Made by a program: the position numbers and the translations under genes
NCBI GenBank assembly: GCA_012800665.1
Contig: JAAZIW010000004.1
Span: forward strand, 1-52,116
Length of the DNA: 52,116 bases
Direction: 5' to 3'
DNA from: Rikenellaceae bacterium
Lineage (GTDB): Bacteria > Bacteroidota > Bacteroidia > Bacteroidales > UBA932
Part shown: in pieces, positions 8,366 through 16,181 of the stretch
How the letters are laid out: the number at the start of each line of letters is the position of its first letter
How positions within the stretch are numbered: position 1 is the stretch's first letter
The notes under the pieces: model-generated
The model's database searches: none
Told to the model about the DNA's origin: nothing
What the model saw: only the letters and a program-made list of their open reading frames with translations

Positions 8366-9151
8366 TTATTTTTGTTTTATCTTTTTATGAAGGCTGTCAA
8401 GCTCCTTGCGATACTTGCTTTCCGGATATTCGCCTATGAAATTATAATAATCGTCCTCGAATACTAAAAAACGCTCTCGCTGCTTGGATGGAACAGAGAG
8501 GTCTGCATATTTATAAGAGGCCATGGCGGTATAATAAAGTACGTCTTCGCGATAAATGTTGTCGGCATCGTCCTTTAATACATTCTTAAGGGCTACGCGC
8601 GCAGCCCTGTAATCCTCCATGGTATAATAAATTTTTGCGTTTTCGTAAGCCTTGCGGTCCAATCTTTCATTGAGATCGTCCAACATGCGGGCACAGGCGG
8701 CAGCATGCACGGTGCCGGGATAATTGCGCCTGTATTCGTGAAGCGCCGCAATGGCGGTATAGGTCGGGGTTTGGTCGAGCTCCCAGCGATAAGTGGCATT
8801 GTAAAGGCAATCCGTGCGAAGGAAATGCGCACTTTCGGCAAAACCGCTTCGAGGGAATTTATTAAGAAAGTTTTCGAAATTGGTTTCTGCAGTAATATAG
8901 TCTTGCGCGCGGTAATTGCTGAGCCCCCAATAATACAGAACCGTGTCATCCCGCTCAGTACCATTGGTGAGAACCGACATATTTTCGAAAAGTTCGGCCG
9001 CCTTGGAATATTTCCCGTTGTTGAAGCACTCGAATGCCAAAGCATATTTTGCATTTACATCGCTGCCTTCCTTTACAACCTCGTACTGCGACTTGCAGGC
9101 TGCAAGGGAGAGCATCACAAGAGCTATAATAATAATTTTAAGCACTTTCAT
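8366..9151 (-). CDS. bamD: Outer membrane protein assembly factor BamD (TPR lipoprotein)
   Basis: MKVLKIIIIALVMLSLAAC lipobox, TPR helices, ELDQTPT motif; upstream of rpoZ. Confidence 0.9.
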   Translation of the reverse strand: MKVLKIIIIALVMLSLAACKSQYEVVKEGSDVNAKYALAFECFNNGKYSKAAELFENMSVLTNGTERDDTVLYYWGLSNYRAQDYITAETNFENFLNKFPRSGFAESAHFLRTDCLYNATYRWELDQTPTYTAIAALHEYRRNYPGTVHAAACARMLDDLNERLDRKAYENAKIYYTMEDYRAARVALKNVLKDDADNIYREDVLYYTAMASYKYADLSVPSKQRERFLVFEDDYYNFIGEYPESKYRKELDSLHKKIKQK

Positions 9152-9159
9152 AAGAGTTG

Positions 9160-9187
9160 CAAAGATATTAAAATTTACTGATATTTG
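9160..9187. promoter_or_regulatory. Back-to-back divergent -7 elements for bamD (TATCTTTG, minus) and the Fur-family gene (GATATTTG, plus)
   Basis: Both elements lie within a 42 bp intergenic region, 8 and 6 nt from their ATGs. Confidence 0.6.
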
Positions 9188-9193
9188 CAGCTT

Positions 9194-9640
9194 ATGAGGA
9201 GGGCAAAGACCATACCAAATGAGGAAAAATTCCGCTCGATGCTGAAAAGCCGCGGCTTCCGTATAACGGAAACCCGTATGGCCGTGCACAGGGCCATGAT
9301 GGACTTGGAACATGCCACCGCCGAACAGGTGGCCGAATGGCTTAAGGCAAACAACGATGCGGCGGCTTCGGTTTCTTCGATTTACAATGTGCTTCAACAA
9401 ATGGCCGTTGCAGGCATTTATGCCTATCGTCTGAGCGCTGACAGCAAGCGCTATTTCGACGTTTGCAACTTCTCGCACGCACATCTTTACGACCGCAAAA
9501 ACGGAGTCTACAAGAATCTTCCGGACGGCGCCACACGTGATGCCATAAACGCTACACTCAAAAAGCACCGCTTCCGCGGCTACACCGTAGAAGACATAGA
9601 TGTGCAGGTAGTTTGCCATAAACGCGGAGAATCGCGTTAG
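9194..9640 (+). CDS. Fur/PerR-family transcriptional regulator lacking CxxC motifs
   Basis: GFRITETR, HATAEQV, SVSSIYNVL helix-turn-helix, YFD...HAH metal motif. Confidence 0.85.
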   Translation: MRRAKTIPNEEKFRSMLKSRGFRITETRMAVHRAMMDLEHATAEQVAEWLKANNDAAASVSSIYNVLQQMAVAGIYAYRLSADSKRYFDVCNFSHAHLYDRKNGVYKNLPDGATRDAINATLKKHRFRGYTVEDIDVQVVCHKRGESR

Positions 9641-9658
9641 AAATTCCGAAATTTTTCT

Positions 9659-9687
9659 TATCTTTGTCTTTCGAATAGAATTCGAAA
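9659..9687 (+). promoter_or_regulatory. upp promoter -7 element (TATCTTTG) followed by a perfect 8-3-8 inverted repeat
   Basis: TATCTTTG at 9659-9666; TTTCGAAT-AGA-ATTCGAAA at 9669-9687. Confidence 0.55.
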
Positions 9688-9690
9688 TCC

Positions 9691-10344
9691 ATGAAAATAA
9701 TCAACCTAGGCGAGAACAATTCGGTTCTCAACAGTTTCGTAGCGCAAATGCGCGACAAAGTCATCCAAAAAAACGATTTTCTCTTCCGTGCCAATCTGCG
9801 TAGGACGGGTCAAGTCTTTGCTTATGAAATCAGCAAGACTCTAAGCTATGCTCCCAAAGATGTGGTTACCCCCTTAGCCACCGCCCATATGCAGCTTTGC
9901 AATTCCAAAATGGTGATAGCAACCATCCTGCGGGCAGGCATTCCCCTGCACGACGGCTTGCTTTCATATTTTGACGGAGCGGAAAATGCTTTCGTAGCCG
10001 CCTACCGCAAATACGATGAAGGCGATCAATTCCATGTAAACACTGAGTATTGCACCACCCCCTTATTGGAAGGCAAGCAGCTTGTTCTGTCTGATACCAT
10101 GGTGGCCACAGGCTCTTCGGTGATATTGGCTTTTGAAAGATTGGTTGCAGATGGCGGCGAGCCCGAGTATACTCATCTGGTATGCCCCATCTCCAGCGTT
10201 TATGCAGTTGAAACCCTTAAAAAGAGTATGCCCAAAAATGTAACGCTTTGGACCGCCGCCATAGATGAGGAGCTGACGAGCCACTCTTATATTGTGCCCG
10301 GACTCGGCGATGCAGGCGACCTTGCCTACGGTACAAAACTATAA
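9691..10344 (+). CDS. upp: Uracil phosphoribosyltransferase
   Basis: ILRAG, DTMVATGSS PRPP-binding motif, YIVPGLGDAGDLAYG. Confidence 0.95.
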   Translation: MKIINLGENNSVLNSFVAQMRDKVIQKNDFLFRANLRRTGQVFAYEISKTLSYAPKDVVTPLATAHMQLCNSKMVIATILRAGIPLHDGLLSYFDGAENAFVAAYRKYDEGDQFHVNTEYCTTPLLEGKQLVLSDTMVATGSSVILAFERLVADGGEPEYTHLVCPISSVYAVETLKKSMPKNVTLWTAAIDEELTSHSYIVPGLGDAGDLAYGTKL

Positions 10345-10369
10345 TCCGCTCCCTTTTAGGAAGCGGATT
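10343..10369. terminator. Hairpin between convergent upp and lipoprotein genes
   Basis: aatccgctcc-ctttta-ggaagcggatt imperfect inverted repeat; weak U tract. Confidence 0.5.
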
Positions 10370-10396
10370 CGCTTATTCCCTTATACGGAACAATAA

Positions 10397-11116
10397 TTAC
10401 AGATTGCGGATATAACTGCCGCTGCCCTGGCTGCCTTCCAACTGAAGACGGGCTTTGTCTATTATTTTTTTATCCTTGTAGACTTCCATAAAAAGTACGC
10501 CGTGACATTGGTCCCAGCCTCCCAAGGTGCCGCCCTTATAATCCAAATGATTTGCGCCCGTGTATAAAGAAGAACTGTAGCCTTTATCTTCCGTACGCGA
10601 GAATGTTGTCAACTTGACCCTCCATGGATAGTGATCTGCAGGCTTGTAATCCGAATGGTCCGGCAGCATGCGAATCTCCATTTCGTATTCGGTATCGAAA
10701 TAGTTGGACGGCCTTGTTCCGCTATAATAATCATAATAATTATAACGGTAAGAATAGCCGAAAGGATATTTGCCTTTGCGGCTGAGCGTCCATGTGCTGT
10801 CCTCTGCCTCTTTTACTATTTTAAGTCCCGAAAGATAAGTATCCTCTTCAATCACGGTCCATACGGAACCGGCTGTCCAAACATCTCCGGTAGAAGAGAA
10901 ACGCCCGCTTGTACCCGAGGAGTTGGCATTTATAAAGAGGGCTATTTCCATCTGTTTGAGATTGTCCACTATAACATTATTGGCAACGGTCAGCATATAG
11001 CTGCGGCCGGCGTTTTCGCCATAATCGTAGGTGCCCGACCATTCGCTGTCGCTGAAATATTTGGCGCAGCCGCTAAGGCCGAGAATAGCAAAAAATAAGA
11101 ATATTGTTTTTTTCAT
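10397..11116 (-). CDS. Hypothetical lipoprotein
   Basis: MKKTIFLFFAILGLSGC lipobox; Tyr/Trp-rich sequence with beta character. Confidence 0.75.
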   Translation of the reverse strand: MKKTIFLFFAILGLSGCAKYFSDSEWSGTYDYGENAGRSYMLTVANNVIVDNLKQMEIALFINANSSGTSGRFSSTGDVWTAGSVWTVIEEDTYLSGLKIVKEAEDSTWTLSRKGKYPFGYSYRYNYYDYYSGTRPSNYFDTEYEMEIRMLPDHSDYKPADHYPWRVKLTTFSRTEDKGYSSSLYTGANHLDYKGGTLGGWDQCHGVLFMEVYKDKKIIDKARLQLEGSQGSGSYIRNL

Positions 11117-11128
11117 TTTCTTCAGAAT

Positions 11129-11746
11129 TTAAAAACCCATACCAAGGCCCACACGACAGCCAAGCATGCGCGAGCCTACCAAATTTTCAACCACCCCATA
11201 AAATTTCCCATTACCTGCAATGCTGAAGCGCATTCCTATCGGAAGCACCTCTATGGAAAAATTCAATTTAGGGGAAGAGTTTTCGAGCTCTTTTGCAAAC
11301 ATTACCATAGCGCCCGTATAAAGGCCGGAATACAACTTGAAACGCTCTTTGTTCACCCAGTAGCCGCGAACGGAAGGCATCAGATATATTCCCTTAACGC
11401 TGATTTCACCTATATTCATACGGCTTACTCCGGAAAGCTTCTCTACGCTTAATGTGCTGTAAGTCATATCCACGCCTACTCCAAGCCATTTATTGACAAT
11501 GTATTCTCCGGATAATGAAAAAACGGGATACTCTGTCGAACTTATTTCGTAAGTGGGCTCATAGATACCGCTCAGAGAATAAGGGTCGCTGCTTGAATAA
11601 TGCTGATAATGATCTTGATAATACAGGCCCAAAGTGGATGAAACGCCTACATTAAACGATATGCCCTTTGTATGTTTCAATTCTTGAGCCCTTGCATACA
11701 GGCCTGAAGAGGCCAGCAGGAGGAAGATAAATATTGTTTTTTTCAT
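11129..11746 (-). CDS. Small outer-membrane beta-barrel protein (OmpA-like transmembrane/porin family)
   Basis: Sec signal peptide, alternating hydrophobic beta strands, C-terminal VGLGMGF beta-signal. Confidence 0.75.
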   Translation of the reverse strand: MKKTIFIFLLLASSGLYARAQELKHTKGISFNVGVSSTLGLYYQDHYQHYSSSDPYSLSGIYEPTYEISSTEYPVFSLSGEYIVNKWLGVGVDMTYSTLSVEKLSGVSRMNIGEISVKGIYLMPSVRGYWVNKERFKLYSGLYTGAMVMFAKELENSSPKLNFSIEVLPIGMRFSIAGNGKFYGVVENLVGSRMLGCRVGLGMGF

Positions 11747-11840
11747 TTAACTAAAGATGCTTGAAGTCAGTTTAATGCTGCAAAAAGCAATATGTAAATT
11801 TTCGTAAATATAGTAAGTTTTCGGGAATGCCCGTATATAC

Positions 11841-11871
11841 AAAAAACGGGAGCAGCGCCTTGCTGTTCCCG
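11841..11871 (-). terminator. Intrinsic terminator after tRNA-His
   Basis: Minus strand cgggaacagc-aaggc-gctgctcccg followed by tttttt. Confidence 0.8.
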
Positions 11872-11881
11872 CCATTAACTT

Positions 11882-11958
11882 TGGGGTGCAATATGGGGCT
11901 CGAACCCACGACAACTGGAACCACAATCCAGGGCTCTACCAACTGAGCTAATTGCACC
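11882..11958 (-). tRNA. tRNA-His (GTG) with encoded G-1 and CCA
   Basis: Reverse complement GGTGCAATTAGCTCAGTTGGTAGAGCCCTGGATTGTGGTTCCAGTTGTCGTGGGTTCGAGCCCCATATTGCACCCCA. Confidence 0.96.
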
Positions 11959-11972
11959 GTGTTTTGGGGATA

Positions 11973-12023
11973 CAAAGGTACAAAATTATTTTGTCTTCAC
12001 AAGATAAAATTTGTGTATCTTTG
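11973..12023. promoter_or_regulatory. Divergent promoters for tRNA-His (TACCTTTG, minus) and the oadA-like gene (TATCTTTG, plus), forming an imperfect palindrome
   Basis: caaaggta at 11973-11980 and tatctttg at 12016-12023. Confidence 0.65.
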
Positions 12024-12029
12024 CAGACT

Positions 12030-13811
12030 ATGGCACGAGAAATAAGATTTTCCTTAATATACAGGGATATGTGGCAGTCCTCCGGCAAATACCAGCCGAG
12101 GGTGGACCAGCTTAAAAAGGTGGCTCCGGCCATCATTGATATGGGCTGCTTCGACAGGGTTGAAACCAACGGAGGAGCCTTTGAACAGGTGAATCTGCTC
12201 TACGGTGAAAATCCCAATATTGCTGTACGCAAATGGACCGCACCCTTCAATAAGGCAGGCATCCAAACACATATGCTCGAAAGAGGTCTCAACGCAATAC
12301 GCATGAATCCTGTTCCTGCAGATGTGCGCGAGCTGATGTTCAAGGTAAAAAAAGCACAGGGCGTGGATATAGCCCGAAGCTTTTGCGGCCTCAACGACCA
12401 CCGCAATTTAAAGCTCAGCGTGGAATATGCCAAAAAGTGGGGCATGATTTCTCAGGCGGCGCTCTCGATTACCAGTTCTCCGGTGCACACGGTGGCCTAT
12501 TATATGGATGTGGTGGACCATTTGGTAGAGTATGGGGCCGATGAGATTTGCCTTAAAGATATGGCGGGAGTAGGCCGTCCAAGTTCTTTGGGGAAACTTA
12601 CCCGCGAGATTAAAAAGAAATATCCCCATATAATAATTCAATATCACGGCCACTCAGGGCCGGGTTTCTCTCCCGCAAGCATGCTGGAAGTAGCCCGAGC
12701 AGGCGCCGACTATATTGATGTTGCAGTGGAACCGCTCAGTTGGGGAAAAGTTCATCCGGACATTATCACCATAAGAGAGATGCTTAGGGCAGACGGCTTT
12801 TTGGTTAAAGACCTGAATATGGATGCCTATATGGAGGTCCGCAAGCTTACGCAGGAATTCATAGACGACTTCTTAGGTTATTGGATAGATCCGCAGAACA
12901 AGGCAATGACATCGCTGCTTGTAGGCTGCGGCCTGCCGGGAGGCATGATGGGCAGCATGATGGCGGACCTAAGACCATTTCTTGGCGCAATAAATGGAGC
13001 CGGAAAGACAGCGGGCAGGGATAAAATGACATTGGATACCCTTATGGTAAAGCTCTTTGATGAGGTGCAATACGTTTGGCCGAAGCTCGGTTATCCGCCT
13101 CTTGTAACCCCCTTCAGCCAATATGTCAAGAATACGGCGCTTATGAACCTGTTAAGTGTGATTCAGGGCAAAGAGCGCTGGACAACCATAGACAAGGACA
13201 CATGGGGAATGATTTTGGGCAAAAGCGGCAAACTCCCCGGTCCTCTTGCTCCTGAAATCATAGAAAAGGCAAAAGAAAATAACTTCGAATTCTATACCGG
13301 CAATCCGCAGGACATGTATCCTGATGAGCTTCCCAAGTTCCGTCAAATGATGAAAGAAGAAGGCTGGGATTGCGGTCAGGATGATGAAGAACTCTTCCAG
13401 CTTGCCATGCACGAGCGTCAATACCGCGACTACAAGAGCGGCATAGCCAAAGAGCGCTTCAATGCCGAACTTGAGGAACTCCGCGCCAAGGCGGGAGCCC
13501 CTATTGTGATAAAGCGGCCGGTTGTGGAAATGCCCGAGTTTTCGATAGAGGAATACACTCAAAAATATCCTAAGGCCGTCCCTGTTCAAGTCAGCGTAAA
13601 GGGGCAGCTGTTATGGGAAATCGACCTTGATGACGAGTCCAAGGCGCCTGTTGTTGGCACTGCCGTAAAAGCCGGTAAGGCAATCGGCTATGTACAAACC
13701 TATTATGGCAGGGAGGAAATAATTTCAGCCATAGACGGCCGCATAGTGGCTGTTACCGGCAAGCAGGGCAAGAATGTGGCAAAGGGGGAAATTGTAGCCT
13801 TCGTTCAGTAA
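12030..13811 (+). CDS. Oxaloacetate decarboxylase alpha / pyruvate carboxylase B-like carboxyltransferase with a degenerate biotinyl domain
   Basis: RDMWQS, GGAFE, CLKDMAG, HGH, PGGM, LGYPPLVTPFSQ motifs; start MAREIRF at 12030. Confidence 0.88.
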   Translation: MAREIRFSLIYRDMWQSSGKYQPRVDQLKKVAPAIIDMGCFDRVETNGGAFEQVNLLYGENPNIAVRKWTAPFNKAGIQTHMLERGLNAIRMNPVPADVRELMFKVKKAQGVDIARSFCGLNDHRNLKLSVEYAKKWGMISQAALSITSSPVHTVAYYMDVVDHLVEYGADEICLKDMAGVGRPSSLGKLTREIKKKYPHIIIQYHGHSGPGFSPASMLEVARAGADYIDVAVEPLSWGKVHPDIITIREMLRADGFLVKDLNMDAYMEVRKLTQEFIDDFLGYWIDPQNKAMTSLLVGCGLPGGMMGSMMADLRPFLGAINGAGKTAGRDKMTLDTLMVKLFDEVQYVWPKLGYPPLVTPFSQYVKNTALMNLLSVIQGKERWTTIDKDTWGMILGKSGKLPGPLAPEIIEKAKENNFEFYTGNPQDMYPDELPKFRQMMKEEGWDCGQDDEELFQLAMHERQYRDYKSGIAKERFNAELEELRAKAGAPIVIKRPVVEMPEFSIEEYTQKYPKAVPVQVSVKGQLLWEIDLDDESKAPVVGTAVKAGKAIGYVQTYYGREEIISAIDGRIVAVTGKQGKNVAKGEIVAFVQ

Positions 13812-13812
13812 A

Positions 13813-15120
13813 TCACTTCACCAATTCACAAAGCAAAGTAGCTTGAGTGCAGTTGGTTGCGCGTACACGCACGTAATCGCCTGCTTTGTGTATGGTGTCC
13901 GGCCAAACGCACATTTTATTGGAGCTCGTGCGGCCGCAGAGTTCGTTTTTGTCTTTTTTGGACGGACCTTCCGCCAGCACCTCGAATTCACGGCCCAAAT
14001 CACGCCGGTTGCTTTCCAGCGAAAGCCTGTTCTGCAAACGGATGAGTTTATTCAGACGGCGCATTTTTACTTCCTGCGGCACATCGTCGGGATAGTTTCT
14101 ATGGGCGAGAGTGCCGGGACGCTCGGAATAATAAAACATAAAGGCATTATCATAGCCCACCTCTTCGAAAAGAGAAAGCGTATCGCGGAATTCCTCTTCG
14201 GTTTCGGAGCAGAAACCCACTATGGCATCGGTGCTTATGCCGCAGTCCGGCATCAGCTCCCGTATTTTTGCTACCCGTCCTAAATACCAATCGCGATTGT
14301 AGCGGCGGCGCATCTTTTCCAAAATCCTGTCATTACCGCTTTGTACAGGCAGATGTATATGACGGCAAATATTGGGCTTGGAAGCCATGGTTTCTATCAA
14401 TTCATCGGAGATGTCTTTGGGATGGGAGGTGGAGAAACGCACTCTGAGCTGCGGTGAGATTTCCGCCACCATGGCGAGGAGCCTTGCAAAATTCACATCT
14501 TCATACAGATAAGAATCCACATTCTGCCCGAGCAATGTCACCTCTTTATATCCGCTCGCAAAGCAGTCGCAGGCTTCGCGGACTATGCTGCGGAAGTCGC
14601 GGCTCCTTTCCACCCCGCGGGTATAGGGCACCACGCAATAGGAGCAGACATTATTGCAGCCGCGCATTATGCTGATAAATGCGGATACTCCGTTTTTATC
14701 TATCCTCATAGGGGAAATATCGGCATAGGTTTCCTCGCGAGATAGCTCCACATTCATCTGCGGCCTCCCCTTTCGGACCGCCTCAAGCAGCGCAGGAAGC
14801 GTGCGGTAGGCATCCGGTCCCACCACCAAATCCACCTTCCCGCTCTCCAACAAAGCATCTTTAAGCCTTCCCGCCATACAGCCCAAAATACCGATTACGA
14901 GTTCCGGCCGCCCCTTTTTATGAGTCTGGAATTGTTCGATTCTACCCCAAATCCTCTGCTCGGCATTATCACGGACGGAGCAGGTATTTGCCATTATTAC
15001 ATCCGCTTCGAAAATATCTTCCGTACGCTCATAAGCCTCTTTACCTAAAATGGAAAATACCAATTCGGTATCGCTCACATTCATCTGGCAACCGTATGTT
15101 TCGATATATACCTTTTTCAT
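13813..15120 (-). CDS. miaB: tRNA methylthiotransferase MiaB
   Basis: ETYGCQMN, NTCSVR, GCMA, GCNNVCSYC radical SAM motif, C-terminal TRAM domain. Confidence 0.96.
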   Translation of the reverse strand: MKKVYIETYGCQMNVSDTELVFSILGKEAYERTEDIFEADVIMANTCSVRDNAEQRIWGRIEQFQTHKKGRPELVIGILGCMAGRLKDALLESGKVDLVVGPDAYRTLPALLEAVRKGRPQMNVELSREETYADISPMRIDKNGVSAFISIMRGCNNVCSYCVVPYTRGVERSRDFRSIVREACDCFASGYKEVTLLGQNVDSYLYEDVNFARLLAMVAEISPQLRVRFSTSHPKDISDELIETMASKPNICRHIHLPVQSGNDRILEKMRRRYNRDWYLGRVAKIRELMPDCGISTDAIVGFCSETEEEFRDTLSLFEEVGYDNAFMFYYSERPGTLAHRNYPDDVPQEVKMRRLNKLIRLQNRLSLESNRRDLGREFEVLAEGPSKKDKNELCGRTSSNKMCVWPDTIHKAGDYVRVRATNCTQATLLCELVK

Positions 15121-15126
15121 GAACTG

Positions 15127-15153
15127 CAAAGATAGAGATTTTTAGTATATTTG
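15127..15153. promoter_or_regulatory. Back-to-back -7 elements for miaB (TATCTTTG, minus) and the lipoprotein-SPOR-rpoN operon (TATATTTG, plus)
   Basis: 41 bp intergenic region; elements 6 and 8 nt from their ATGs. Confidence 0.7.
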
Positions 15154-15161
15154 TGGGTTGT

Positions 15162-15632
15162 ATGAAAAGAGGTTTCAAGATAATTTTGATGCTGATTGCC
15201 GGCACGCTTTGCCTTAGCGGCTGCGTCAATAAATTCAAGCGAATCAAAATAACTTCCGCTTCGTTGGAGTCTATAATACCCACGGGGCTGAAAAGCTTCG
15301 ATGCTCTTATCTGCTTAGGCATCGATAATCCTGCACCCTCTTTCAATATTATGAATCTCAAGGCCGATATAATGAAGGACAGCATTGCCATAATCCGCGC
15401 ATCCTCCGAAAATGTGGCAGTTGACGGCAGAAGCAGCAGGGAATATAAAATCCCCGTAACCGGAAGCATAGATCCTGACATCAGCTGGTTCCAGCTCGCC
15501 ATTATGGCACGGAATTTCAAGCCTGATGAATATATAGTAAAACTGAATGCCCGAGCTACCATTGCAGGGATTGGCAAGGATTTGGAATATAAGGTACCTC
15601 TAAGCAGACTATTAAAAAAGCAAGAAGAATGA
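15162..15632 (+). CDS. Hypothetical lipoprotein, LEA-2/WHy-like fold
   Basis: CLSGC lipobox; LGIDNP and EYKIPV pattern typical of LEA type 2 beta-sandwiches. Confidence 0.6.
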   Translation: MKRGFKIILMLIAGTLCLSGCVNKFKRIKITSASLESIIPTGLKSFDALICLGIDNPAPSFNIMNLKADIMKDSIAIIRASSENVAVDGRSSREYKIPVTGSIDPDISWFQLAIMARNFKPDEYIVKLNARATIAGIGKDLEYKVPLSRLLKKQEE

Positions 15633-16180
15633 AAAAGTGCGTACTTGGCTTTATGCTGCTCTTTGCAGCTCTCACCCTGAAAGCTCAAATACCTCCCGCG
15701 GGATATGAATATGCGGATTCTCTAATCTTCACTCCCCTCGCGATTGTGGACTCCACCCTCGATGGGCAAAACATTTTCTCCATTCTGCCGGATAATGTGC
15801 GGATAATTCAAAGCGCATCCATACGCAACGCCGTAGAAATGAAAGTCAGGGGCAATGCCACGCAGGAGTTGAGCGGCTATCGAATAAGAATCTTTTTCGA
15901 CAACAGCCAGACTGCACGCTCAGACAGCGAGGCGGCGCTCTACCGTTTCAAGGTGAAGAATCCCGGGATTGCGGCCTACCGAAGTTTTACCAGCCCCTAT
16001 TTCAAGGTGACCGTGGGCGACTATCGCAACCGCTCCGAAGCTCTGCAGGCTCTGCAACATATACGCAAAGATTTTCCTACAGCATTCATAGTGCGCGAGA
16101 ATTTCCGTTTTCCGGCTTTGGAAAACACGGCCGCTTTCAAAGTGGATACCATCAGATATCTTCGTCCTATAAAACATTAA
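15629..16180 (+). CDS. SPOR-domain (peptidoglycan-binding) protein
   Basis: Signal peptide; GYRIRIF...PYFKVTVGDYRNRSEA...FPTAFIV SPOR pattern. Confidence 0.85.
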   Translation: MKKCVLGFMLLFAALTLKAQIPPAGYEYADSLIFTPLAIVDSTLDGQNIFSILPDNVRIIQSASIRNAVEMKVRGNATQELSGYRIRIFFDNSQTARSDSEAALYRFKVKNPGIAAYRSFTSPYFKVTVGDYRNRSEALQALQHIRKDFPTAFIVRENFRFPALENTAAFKVDTIRYLRPIKH

Positions 16181-16181
16181 G

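Noticed and set aside
8366-9619. 417-aa extended BamD ORF spanning the Fur gene antisense
   Set aside because: The lipoprotein signal and -7 promoter place the start at 9151; the extension is the antisense shadow of the Fur-family gene.
11772-12029. ORFs across tRNA-His and the TTG-extended oadA start at 11952
   Set aside because: They overlap the tRNA and promoter elements; ATG 12030 fits homologous N-termini.
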